A stretch of 64,000 bases of DNA from Candidatus Dojkabacteria bacterium. Lineage in GTDB: Bacteria > Patescibacteriota > Dojkabacteria > SC72. Below the pieces are notes generated by a model that worked only from the letters and a program-made list of their open reading frames with translations, made no database searches and was not told the origin of the DNA. Both the position numbers and the translations under genes were made by a program. Of the stretch, positions 43,857 to 54,763 are shown piece after piece. Each line of letters opens with the position of its first letter. The stretch's first letter is position 1. Where the stretch lies: the NCBI GenBank assembly GCA_040765985.1, contig JAXGRK010000003.1, positions 2,581-66,580 of the forward strand, given 5' to 3'.

Positions 43857-45189
43857 ATGAAAAAAGTCTTTGGGATATTAATAACAATTGGTGTAATTCT
43901 TTCAGGTATATATCTACCTTCTAATAACAAGATATATGCAGTTGAGAAATGTCCTGAAAGTATGCCTATACAGGAAAGATATACATGTCTTCAAAACGAA
44001 CTTAACAAGCTTGAAAGTAGTCAAGGTTCTTTACAAAAGAAATTAAAAAACGAAGATTATCAGCAGTTATCACTTAAAGAAAAACTCCAATATCTTACTA
44101 CACAAATTTCTCAGAATGAGAAAGTAATTGAAACACTTCAAATTGAGGTATTAGCTCAAGATATTGAAATCAATATACTTTCTAAAGAGATAACTGATAA
44201 GGAAGATAACGTAAATATCTTAAATCAAGAGATTAAAGCACTTGAAAGAACTGTAAATGAAAGGGTAAGAGAATCATATAAATACTCTTACGTTGGGGCC
44301 TTAGAATTTCTTTTTGATGTAAAAGATCTAGATTCAATACTCAGAAAAACAAAATATTTAATAGAGACAAGATTAAGAGATAAGAACTCTCTTCAAGACT
44401 ATGCTGAAAAGATGGGGAGTTTAGAAGAAGAAGAATTAACCCTTGCAACTCAAAAGGCAGATTTACAGAAGAAAAGGAATGAGATGGAAACTGAGAAATT
44501 AAGATTAGAAGAAGAGAAAAAGAATTTAGATTCTCAGAAATCAGAGAAAGCATCGCTACTCGCAGAATCTGAAAGAAGAGAAGCTACATACAAAAAAGAG
44601 TTAGCTGAAACTACAGCTGCAATCTCAGGTATTGATGAAGCTATATCAGATATAGTTATACAACTTTTTAATACAGGTGGTTTAAAAAATGGTTCTCCAG
44701 TTAGTGCAGGAAACACAATAGGATATCAGGGACACACAGGATGCTCTTTTGGTTCTCATTTACACTTTGATATTAGAAATAAATATGATGTAAGACAAAA
44801 TCCTGCAAACTATTTAAATGGTGGCACCGTATGGACCTCAGTAACCTCTAGAGTGTATCTTGCACCACTTAATGGCGCAATGTTAACCCAGAGCTTCAAG
44901 AGCACCCATCAAGCATGGGATATGGTTAGTTTAAGAGATGGAAATCAAAGAGGTGAGACCTATACAGTACCAACAGGGATATGTACAATCGTAGACTACT
45001 ATATTAGGGTATACAATAGAAACTGGGCTTACTTAACAGGAGAAGGTGCTCCTAAAAGCCATTGCTAACAGTACAGTATACTATGGAACTATAATTCCTA
45101 ATGGTGTTAATGGTGCACAATACCCTGCTAAATACGCATTACTTGTTCATAGTGATGGGAATAAATCTTTCTATCTACATCTTAAATAA
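43857..45189 (+). CDS. coiled-coil M23 (LytM-domain) peptidase, EnvC/PcsB-like, C-terminal frame break
   Basis: Signal anchor, about 230 aa of coiled coil, then GNTIGYQGHTGCSFGSHLHFDIR, THQAWD, GAP(V)KAIANSTVYYG and SFYLHLK. Directly follows ftsEX. Frame break near 45050-45060. Confidence 0.75.
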
Positions 45190-45266
45190 TCTTTGCTAAA
45201 AATAAAATTTCTGATAAACTTTCTGAAGTTAACTATAAGTTTATTTTTAATTTTTTATATATTCTG

Positions 45267-46089
45267 ATGGCAAAAGAAAAAAATCAGAGTAAGTCCTCCA
45301 AAGCCCCAAAGAAAGTTTTTAAAATAAAGAAACCTAAAATTAAATTCTCTAAACCAGATTTTAAGAATTTGTTTTCAAATAAAATGTTTAAGATATTTCT
45401 TTATGTACTAGGAGGTATTATTGTATTTATATTAGTAGACCTATTCGTTCAATATCTTAACAACGGGTACAGTATTGCTGTTATTGATGGATCTAGAATA
45501 TTCTAAAGCAAGATATATCAGGAATTAGAAGCAATGTATGGCTCACTATTGCATCTCAACTAATCGATGAAAAACTTATCAATTTAGAAGCTTAAAAAGC
45601 AGATATTACAGCAACTGATGAAGAAATCAATACTCAATTACAAGAAATAATAGATAGTATTGGAGGTCAAGAAGCATATGAAGCAGCTTTACAATCTAAT
45701 AATATTACAGAAGATCAATTAAAAGATGATATAAGATTAGATATTATCTCAAGAGGAATTCTTGAACCAACATTAGAGTATACAGATGATGATGTTAAAG
45801 CATTTTTTGAGCAGTATAGCTCTGCAATGTTTCCTAATGAAACAGCACAGTTAGAAGAGGGTGAGAAATTAGATTTCGAATTGTATAAAAGGAAGTTGAA
45901 ACCTACTATATAAGACAACAGGTTGAGAATACAAAATATACTTGGTTAGAATCTCTAAAAGAAGAGTATAAGATTCAAGATAACTCTGCATCTAAACCAA
46001 AGTATGGAATATTAACTGCAACAATAAATATAGTTAAGAATATATTTAGCGAAGCAAATACTAATGAGGTTCAACCAACTACAGAGTAA
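45267..46089 (+). pseudogene. SurA N-terminal-domain / PrsA-like chaperone without recognisable PPIase domain, frame-disrupted
   Basis: Basic N-terminus plus TM (45267..45506). Then pieces such as QLIDEKLINLEA, ATDEEINTQLQEIIDSIGGQEAYEAALQSNNITEDQLKDDI and ENTKYTWLESLKEEYKIQDN, in shifting frames. Confidence 0.45.
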
Positions 46090-46103
46090 TTAAAAGAAAT
46101 TCT

Positions 46104-46129
46104 AAAAAAGGGAGTTTTACTCCCCTTTT
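46104..46129. terminator. bidirectional rho-independent terminator between convergent genes
   Basis: AAAAAA GGGAG TTTTA CTCCC CTTTT. A 5-bp GC-rich stem flanked by an A-run and a T-run, between the stops at 46089 (+) and 46131 (-). Confidence 0.5.
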
Positions 46130-46130
46130 A

Positions 46131-46718
46131 TTACATCTGCTTATCTGCTGGTTCTACCAATCCATACCCACCTCTTTTCTTTGTATATCATTGATATTTT
46201 ACCACTGCCTTTATGTCTAAAAAGAAGCTGATCATAACCTAATAACTCCATACGTTCAATTGCCTCTCCTCCTCTAAAGGACTCATATCATCTAATTTTT
46301 TCCTTACTTTAATCGTTGGAAATACAATCTACATAAGTGTCAACCTTCTCTTCTACCTGTTTAGCATGGCATCAGCTTCTAATACTTTCCATGGAGTAAT
46401 TCCTTCCCAGTATTGTTTTTTATCTGAATACCTATTCAATCTTCTAGCAAGAGTGTCTGTTGCTTGATCAATATTTGCATACATATTCTCACCACTAATC
46501 TCAACTCTAACAGTACTTTTAGGTAATTTAACAGTAATATCTATTCTAAAATCGTGTTTTACACCCTTTCTCTGTGTATACTCTTTTAATACCACATCAA
46601 CAGTAATTGCTTCCGTTAACAGATGCTCATATTTAGTAATTTTTTCTACAACATACTTCTTAAGTGGTTCTGTGGGCTTCATTCCTACAAAAGTTATCTG
46701 TACATCTTTAATATTCAT
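46131..46718 (-). pseudogene. hpf: ribosome hibernation promoting factor, long form, frame-disrupted
   Basis: The N-domain 46353..46718 carries ENMYANIDQATDTLARRLNRY. The C-terminal dimerisation domain EAIERMELLGYDQLLFRHKGSGKISMIYKEKRGGYGLVEP lies in other frames. Confidence 0.8.
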
Positions 46719-47313
46719 ATTAAGAAATATTAATTTATATATTTTATTCTACCTTATTTATATTTTAAAAAGAAACTTTACATCTTAAAGAGATAATTAT
46801 ACAATCACCCCATAATATTACATAAAAACATATGGTAGAGCACGAGAACAAACATTTAATAGAATCACGTTCTGATATTTTAGATATATATTCTTCATGT
46901 TTACAGAACAACATATTCAGACGATATTCCCCTATCTAAATGATATCCTCCTTTATATAGCCAATTTTCCATATTATTTAGAAAATAATAATACAGAAAA
47001 ACCCTCCCCTATTTAGAATGATAGTATTTCCCAAAGCTGTTATTGCAGTATCAGCAGCAGATAGGGATATTTGGGATTTAGAATATTACCTCTCATAGAG
47101 ATGAACTTTTATGAATTTAGGGATATTATTGAACATAAAGTTAGAACTTAAAACAACTAAACCCTGAACACTTGGTTGAACAGTTAATTTTTGAAACAAG
47201 GATCGACAAATAAAAGAGTATTATCTAAGAATTCTTCTTTACTCTGATCCTTTATCATCTGAATTGATTCACAATTATTTCAAAAGAAGGGAAGGATAAT
47301 ATATATTGTATTC

Positions 47314-47342
47314 TTGCAGGATAACAATTAGGGATATATAAT
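47314..47342 (+). promoter_or_regulatory. sigma70-like promoter for tRNA-Asn (TTGCAG-17-TATAAT)
   Basis: TTGCAG at 47314-47319, an exact 17-nt spacer, and TATAAT at 47337-47342, 8 nt before the tRNA 5' end. Confidence 0.5.
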
Positions 47343-47350
47343 AAACCTAT

Positions 47351-47422
47351 TCCGCGATAGCTCAATCGGTAGAGCGAACGGCTGTTAACCGTTTGGTTCA
47401 GGTTCGAGTCCTGGTCGCGGAG
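47351..47422 (+). tRNA. tRNA-Asn (anticodon GUU)
   Basis: TCCGCGA TA GCTC AATCGGTA GAGC G AACGG CTGTTAA CCGTT TGGT TCAGG TTCGAGT CCTGG TCGCGGA G. Confidence 0.9.
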
Positions 47423-47492
47423 TTTTCACCCTCCTTTCTTTCCCTTCCCAATCTGTTAAAATTGAATATATTAATTAATATATTCTAATAAT

Positions 47493-47952
47493 ATGAATAA
47501 AGTATTAATAGTAATATTAATTTTAGGAGCAGGAGCTTTGGCATATTACCTCTTGGCAGGTAAGACAGATCTATTCCTCTCTAATGAGAATATAAATGAG
47601 GAGTTGGTTGAAGAAGCTCTAAAAGAAACAGACAAAAGAACTGTATACGGTAGTTGTAATGATATCCTAACTCAAGTAACTGCATTGACTATGTTGGCTC
47701 TATGTGGGCAGATATTGATTCTGGCAGAATTAAACTGTGGTGAAGGAAGAACATACTCAACAAATGCCTGTCCATACTCGGAGTTTGGTGGGTGTCAAAT
47801 GAATGGAGAATCAGTTATGGAATCAATTGCTTGCATATGAGGAAGGTGCAGGAGGATATACACAAGAAGCTGTATCCGATGCCGCAATGGCTTGTAATAG
47901 CTTACCAAATGGAAAATGGGTAACTCCTGAAAATCTTTTGGAATTAGAGTAG
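47493..47952 (+). pseudogene. Cys-rich secreted protein, one frame break
   Basis: Signal anchor MNKVLIVILILGAGALAYYLL with several Cys. The tail GGYTQEAVSDAAMACNSLPNGKWVTPENLLELE lies in another frame. Confidence 0.35.
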
Positions 47953-47996
47953 TATTGTATCTTGACTTAATATATAAGCAATAATAGAATTTTATT

Positions 47997-48310
47997 ATGA
48001 CAAAGAACCCATTGATAAATGCCCTAGTAGCCCTACTGTATATCGTTATAGTTGTATTTGCAATAAATATTGTTGCAGACAATGAAGTTAATACTGGTAT
48101 TGCTCAGTTTGTTACACCAATAATGATTCTTTCCTATTCACACTCTCTGTAGCAGTAATGGGATATATATTCTTTTACCAACCCGTAATGCTATACCTAG
48201 AAGGAAATAAAGAGAAAGGTATAAGACTCTTTTAAAACAGTATTGATATTTCGCCGTAATTCTAATTATATTGTTTTCAATATTTTCTCTCTTTTTCTTT
48301 CGTAGTTCTA
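47997..48310 (+). pseudogene. small multi-TM membrane protein, frame-disrupted
   Basis: MTKNPLINALVALLYIVIVVFAINIV..., then VAVMGYIFFYQPVMLYLEGNKEKG in another frame. The end is uncertain. Confidence 0.3.
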
Positions 48311-48313
48311 ACT

Positions 48314-48786
48314 ATGAATATACTAATACTCTATGACACAATGTATGGAAATACTAAGCTAATTGCCAAGACGATATCTAGCGTATTTCCTCAACATACA
48401 AAGTGAAGGTACTATCTGTAAAAAAACCATACCAGATGATTTAGACAATATCGAAGTACTAATAGTTGGTCCTCTACCCACGGAGGTAATGCAAAACCTA
48501 CCCTCCAATCATTTCTAAAAAGATTCCATTAGAAAATCAACGGAGTTAAAGTATGTAGGCTTGATACTAGATTTAAAGAATCTAATTTGAACTTCCTCTT
48601 AAAATCTTAGTTAAAACAATTGGATATGCTGCTCCTAAAATTGAAAAAATATTAAAAATATACGGAGGTATACCAGTAATACACCCAGAAGGATTCTTTG
48701 TTAAAGAAAAGGATGGCCCTTTACTTGATGGAGAACTTGAAAGGGCTAAAAACTGGGCAAAAGATATACATAAACAGATATCCTAA
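48314..48786 (+). pseudogene. flavodoxin-family protein, frame-disrupted
   Basis: MNILILYDTMYGNTKLIAKTIS (flavodoxin FMN-loop start), ...THGGNAKPTLQSFLK..., and a C-terminus HPEGFFVKEKDGPLLDGELERAKNWAKDI. About 5 breaks. Confidence 0.6.
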
Positions 48787-48852
48787 ATATTACTCCTTGA
48801 ACTATATATCTGTTCATATATAATTAAATAATAAGTTAATTGTTTTTTAATT

Positions 48853-49340
48853 ATGGATGAGCAAGTAGAAGGAAAAAGAAGTAGTAGAAACTAAAGATAC
48901 TACTTCTAACTCTCGAACTAAGGTCAAATAGAAACTTAGATTAGGAATTATTGGAACACTCTTACTCTTAGTTATCATTCTTTTTATCTTCTGGGAGAAA
49001 GCACGTATATTTCTTGCAATAGCAGGTATTTTTCTGCTAGCTGCCCTAGGGCTTGAGATATTCGAAAAGATTACGATTTAGAAAACTTTGGGAACAAAAT
49101 CTTTTCAGGAATCTGAAATCGGCAGAACGAAAAAGGAAATCTACTGTTTGATAAACTAGGAAACGTTACTACAAATGAAACAGAGGGTAAATATGCAGAT
49201 GAATATAACTGTGATGACTTCTACTCAACCAGAAGCACAGAATTTTTGAAAAGGTTGGTGGTGTAGATAATGATTTAAATAGATTAGACGGAGATAATGA
49301 TGGGGAGGCATGTGAGGCCCTACCTTTAGGTAATTCTTAG
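48853..49340 (+). pseudogene. membrane protein with C-terminal Excalibur calcium-binding domain, frame-disrupted
   Basis: TM segments, then YNCDDF...RLDGDNDGEACEALP (the Excalibur DxDxDGxxCE motif). Confidence 0.5.
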
Positions 49341-49358
49341 TTATACAATGTTAAATAT

Positions 49359-49763
49359 ATGAACTATACATTAAGAAATATCGTAGGAACTGTTCTAATA
49401 CTCTTTGCATTAGCATTCGGATATTATTATTTTTCAAGACAAAAAAGGACAGTATATACCAGATAACTGGGGGAGCTTGGTTGCATGTATCCTACAAATA
49501 TATCATCAGACTCTCTTGAGCCCACTTTAATTAAGGGCTCTTTACTAATACTTAATCAATGTATTAAAAGCAATACATCACTAAATGAAGGGGATGTTGT
49601 TTTGTTTAATAATGATGGTCTAACAAAAATTGGACTAATAGAAGATGTAATATTTGAAGATAGAGTTGAGAGCTATGTAGTATCAACAAGTAACCTTGAG
49701 ACCGATAAATACACATTATTAATAGATGATATAACTGCATATACAGAAATGATAGAAGAATAA
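49359..49763 (+). pseudogene. small membrane-anchored S24/S26-like peptidase domain protein, one frame break
   Basis: TM MNYTLRNIVGTVLILFALAFGYYYF, then SSDSLEPTLIKGSLLIL...GDVVLFNNDGLTKIGLI (Ser and Lys motifs resembling GDSMEPT / KR). Confidence 0.35.
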
Positions 49764-49795
49764 ATAGTATAGCTATCCATCTAATACAAAATCTG

Positions 49796-51001
49796 ATGCA
49801 AGATAAAGAACAGAAACAGGAAGATCAGTATGTAAAATTCAAACCAGGGCTGTAGAGTTTCCTTCTCAATTTGAATCCTTTTCATATATCTATGACAAAT
49901 TTAAAGATAGCGATGAGCTTACTATATTAAAAAATCTCAGAAATGAATCAGAGATAGGGAAAAGAAAGTATTAGAGAACGCACATTGGGCAATCTACGGT
50001 ACACAGATACATGCTTTAACATACTATTATCAGTTATTTCAAAGATCTGAATATTTAAATAGACAACCAACATTAAACGATTTTAAGAATACATTTCCTT
50101 ACCATAATAATGATTACTACTATGGATTGTTAAAGCTCTTAGATTTAACAGATTTAAATACCAATAACCAATCAAGCTTACTGGAATGAATGGAGAATGA
50201 ATGGTCAAGATTTTACACCCTGAGGGCATACTAACTATACTGTATCCCTCAAATAAAATAAGGAATATGTGGGAAAATGATACTATACCTTTAAGAGATC
50301 TTGAAAGTTTTTTTAACAACACATCAAGAATTCCAGACAAGAATTTGAATCCCAACAAAACATTACTCATAAATGAAGTACTCTCAATTAGTAATATCTT
50401 TTTTAATGATTCTAACCTACAGGTACCAACAGTAATAGATGAAATATGTATACCTGAAGATTTCCCTAAATCACCAATTCAAATTATTGATTACAAAACT
50501 GGTAAACAGTTTAAAAAACCTGAATTTAAAGAAAAGATTCAAATATTCCTTATGATGTCTGCAGTGCTAGTAAATGTTTTAGATAAAGCATATAGTGTAA
50601 AATTTGGCCTTAATGAATGGGATATTGTTCATAATACAAGGGATTTTCCTTTCTTTACTAAAAGAAATTTAAGAAACAATTTAATAGGGAATATATATTT
50701 CTATGAGATAATAAATTGTGTAAGGCAGTTAAATGAAAACATTAAATTTGCATATGTAAACCCTATTACTCAAGAAAGAATAGATATTAATACTGAAGAT
50801 GTATATCTAGATAGTGAAAAGAGTATTAAGGATATACTAATGTATTTAAATAGTGTAAACAAATTCTATATTAAACATAAAGATATTGTTAAGAAAGCAT
50901 TACATACTAATAAATACCTATATACATTACCGATATTCCCAACAGAAAACTTCTTTAAAGATACTGTGAATAATAAGGTAATACAATTAAGCTTGATTTA
51001 G
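49796..51001 (+). pseudogene. PD-(D/E)XK nuclease family protein (RecB/Cas4-like fold), frame-disrupted N-terminal half
   Basis: Intact C-terminal ORF 50201..51001 with IQIIDYKTGKQ (the classic DYKTG motif). Upstream collinear pieces begin at the ATG at 49796. Confidence 0.45.
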
Positions 51002-53847
51002 ATTTTCATAATCATCTCGCTTTTTCTTTTTTCTAACCAGTAGTATTAAGAAAAAGAGTATAACTAATCCTATACCTGAATATATTAGGATACTCTTTAA
51101 GTCTAAACCATTAGATATGTCTTCCTCTGTTACCGTTACTTTTGCACTGTCATCTATTCCACTTTCTCCTAACACCTCCACCTCATACTTCACCCCATTA
51201 TGCTCTATCTTTGCTTTGTAACTCTTACCTTGCTCTAAACCAACTACTCGTATCTCTCCATTACTATCTGTGTAATACTCTTGGCCCTCTATTACTACAA
51301 ATGCATTGACTAATGGTATACCCTCTTTATCTACAAACCTTAATGTTTGTATTGTACTCTCTTGTTGAGGGGTCTCTTCTTCTTGCTGTGTATCTGGGGT
51401 ACTCTCTTGTTCTGGTTGTTGTTCTACCTCCTCTTCTAGTGGTGCTGTTATCAATCCTAGTTTACTTAGTAATGACTCTGGGAAGTATTCCTGTCCTACT
51501 ATCAATGTTAATACCTTACTGTCTGATTGATTCCCCGATACATCTTTAGAGTAGTAAGTGATACTGTTGGTTCCCTTAGATACATTCAATGTTATTGTAA
51601 AGTTCCCATCACTATCTGCTACTGTAGTGTATGTATTATTATCATATACAAAGTAAACTGTACTACCTTGTTGAGTAATACCTTTTACTACTGGTGTTTG
51701 GGATGTGAAGTATACAGAGAGAGGATTTTTATCTGGTAGTTCTTTTACTAACCCTATCTGAGTTATTCTAGTACTTAGTGTATGTAATATGATACTGTCT
51801 GTATATATTTCTGAGATGTTGTTCTTCTGATCCTTAAATTTAACATATACTGTTTTAGTTCCAAGTTGACTGTCTAATATCCAAGAGATATTACTGCTAT
51901 ATGTTTGCCAATCACAATCAGTAAACAAGTAGTTGTTACATACAATCATTTCTGAAACTCCAGACAAATCGTCAGAAGAAGATATTGTAAGTGTAGTATT
52001 TACACTATTAGTAAACATATTACCCATATTTATTGATATGTTGCCTGTTGGAGATACTCTATCAAATATGAATTTCTGAACTCTATGATTACCACTTTCA
52101 ACAACATATATATTTCCATTGCTATCTAGTGAGACACCGGTTGGAGAATCAAACTGTCCATTATTTAAGCCGTAGGTACCAAATTTCATTAAGAAGTTAA
52201 AATTAGAATCAAACTTTTGAATACGATGATTAGCGGTATCAACTACATATATGTTATTATTCTCATCCAATATTATCTGATCAACAGAAGAAAATTGACC
52301 ATCTTCTGTACCGTACACTCCATACTTCATAATATAGTTTCCACTAGAGTCAAATTTCTGTATCCTATTAGCATATTTATCTGCTACATAAATATTCCCT
52401 AAATCATCAATAACAAGATCTGGAGGATAAGTAAATTGTCCATCACCAGTACCGAAACTTCCAAATTTCATTAAGAAATTACCTGTAGAATCAAATTTCT
52501 GTATTCTATTAAAATTATATCCTCTATCTGTAGCATATATATTTCCATTCTTATCTAAGGCAATTCCCCAAAGATATTTAAACTGCCCATCTCCAGTACC
52601 GTAGCTACCAAATTTCATTAAGAAATTTCCTTCTGAATCAAATTTTTGAACTCTGGAGTTAGAAGAATCTGCAACATATATATTCCCTGCAGAATCTACC
52701 TCTATATCTGTTGGTGCATCAATCAATCCATCTGAGCTTCCATAACCACTAAATGTATTTAAGAAATTTCCATTTGAATCAAACTTTTGTATTCGTGAAT
52801 TCCCGGTATCGGCAACGTATATATTACCATTATCATCTAAAGTCATTCCTTCTGGTTTATTAAAATATCCATCAAGTTCGTGAAATACAGAAACAAACAC
52901 TCCTAACGATGTAAACTTTTGTATTCTCTGACTATTTTCTGATTCGATAAGGTAGATATTATTATCATTATCTATGAAAGGTTGAAAAGGCAGAGTAAAT
53001 TGTCCTTCACCTTCCCCACTACTTCCAAATTTTAATACAAAAGTTCCGGAAGAGTTGAATTTCTGAACTCTATCATTATATGTATCTGCAACATATATAT
53101 TATCTAAACTATCAATTGCAATTCCCATTGGATAATAGAACTTTCCATCCGTAGACCCCTGACTACCAAACTTTGAAAGAAAATTCCCATTTAAATCGAA
53201 TTTTTGTACCCTATGATTGTACATATCTATAATGTAAATATTATCATTACTATCTATTGCAATATCATAGGGGTTATAGAATAAACCATCCGTACTTCCA
53301 CGACTTCCGAATTTTAATATAAAATTTCCATTCGAATCAAATTTCTGTATACGGTCATTTTTACTATCAATAGCATAAATATTCCCGAAGCTATCAATTT
53401 CAACATTATTTAACCCATATAATGCAAATTGGCCATTCTCTGTACCAAGACTTCCAAAATTTAATATAAAATTTCCATTCAAATCAAATTTCTGAATTCG
53501 AATATTTCCTGAATCAACAACATATATACTTCCTCTACTTTCATCTAGAGCAATACCAAATATGCCCTTAAACTGTCCATCCTCGGTACCATAACTTCCA
53601 AATTTCAGCAGGAAATTGCCATTTGAATCAAATTTTTTTACAGTAAAGTTACCTTCATCTGCAATATAGTAATTACCATTACTATCAAAAACTGCCGAAT
53701 TAGGCCAACTTAATTGATTATCAGCTGTATATCCCCCTATCGTTAGTGTATGTACAGGTGTATCACTTTCACTCCATGCGTATATAGCTTGTATAAAAAG
53801 AAATGAAGAGAACAGTATTAGTATAAAAAAAAGCGCTTTTTAATCAT
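50987..53847 (-). CDS. giant NHL-repeat surface protein with CarboxypepD_reg-like domain and C-terminal TM anchor; N-terminal 120 codons frame-disrupted
   Basis: 831-aa ORF with about 18 repeats of G-x-G-x-F-x-x-P-x-G-I-x-x-D-x-x-G-N-I-Y-V-x-D-x-x-N-x-R-I-Q-K-F. The signal peptide MIKK... from the ATG at 53847 is reached only through 2-3 frame changes. Confidence 0.8.
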
Positions 53848-54087
53848 TACATACATATATGTATATTAGATATCTATAATAGAGTATCAAATTTAACTAT
53901 GCATTTCAATTCTTAATTACTACAGTAATATATTCATACTCTTATACATATAGAGATACACAGAAAAAGGTAGGATATTCTACTTTACCAATTACATTAG
54001 GAGTTTTTAATATAGGTTTGACAAATATTCTAAGTAGTTCTACTCTCAATATAAGAACTATTTAAATTTTTAATTAAGTGTTTTTAA

Positions 54088-54100
54088 ATATTTAAATTAT
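54088..54100 (+). promoter_or_regulatory. conserved 13-mer ATATTTAAATTAT, copy 1 (12 nt before the tasA-like ATG)
   Basis: Exact 13-mer shared with 56101-56113 and 57671-57683. Copies 1 and 2 share a 16-mer, AATATTTAAATTATTA. Confidence 0.35.
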
Positions 54101-54112
54101 TAATATCTTTCT

Positions 54113-54718
54113 ATGAAAAAAATCATAGGTGGTATATTAGGTATATTCCTAGTAATAGGGATAGTAGCAGGAACAGGATATGCACTGTTTAGTGACACAG
54201 TAAAAATGGAAAGGATGGTATTGGGAACCGCAACTCCAGGATTACTTATTAAAACTGGGGAAGTAGGTCTAGATACATACAGGACTTCCTTAGATTTCAT
54301 GAATCAGTCACCATTCCAGTTACTCCTACCTGGTCAAATAGACTATGGAGAGTTCTGGTTATGGAACAACAGTGATACAGGATTAACAGGTCCAGAACTT
54401 GATATGAAGTTACAAGGGAGATTAACAACAGGTTATACCGATTGGGAAGACTTAAAAAATATAGTTAAAATGAGATTCTGTATTTATACAGAAGCCACTA
54501 ACTATATCTGCGACGAAACAAAAGCAACTCCTTGGTATACGCTCAATCAGTGGAACATTGCTGCGAGAGATTTACCAGTAAATCTTGCACAAGGAGCTGA
54601 ACAGAGATTCGGTCTTCAACTTTTGATAGATTCTGGATATGGAAATGAGATTTCTGACAAAACAATTACAGGAATAACATTTGAGATAACAGGTACACAG
54701 ATAGTACCAACACAGTAA
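54113..54718 (+). CDS. TasA/camelysin (M73)-family protein with SipW-cognate signal peptide
   Basis: MKKIIGGILGIFLVIGIVAGTGYALFSDTVKMERMVLGTA matches the SipW-dependent signal pattern (G-x-x-A-x-F-S-D ... G). The C-terminus GITFEITGTQ resembles the TasA FSFEATQ. Confidence 0.7.
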   Translation: MKKIIGGILGIFLVIGIVAGTGYALFSDTVKMERMVLGTATPGLLIKTGEVGLDTYRTSLDFMNQSPFQLLLPGQIDYGEFWLWNNSDTGLTGPELDMKLQGRLTTGYTDWEDLKNIVKMRFCIYTEATNYICDETKATPWYTLNQWNIAARDLPVNLAQGAEQRFGLQLLIDSGYGNEISDKTITGITFEITGTQIVPTQ

Positions 54719-54736
54719 TTCCTTCTTGTATCTACA

Positions 54737-54761
54737 CAGACAGTATTAAATGTACTGTCTG
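54737..54761 (+). promoter_or_regulatory. perfect 9-bp hairpin abutting the sipW-like start codon
   Basis: CAGACAGTA (54737-54745), loop TTAAATG, TACTGTCTG (54753-54761). Ends 2 nt before the GTG at 54764. No T-tract follows. Confidence 0.45.
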
Positions 54762-54763
54762 AT

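Noticed and set aside
54017-54045. TTGACA-17-TACTCT promoter candidate in the divergent region between the NHL gene and the TasA-like gene
   Set aside because: The -10 is weak (4 of 6), and in sequence this AT-rich such matches are expected by chance. It is not reported as a feature.
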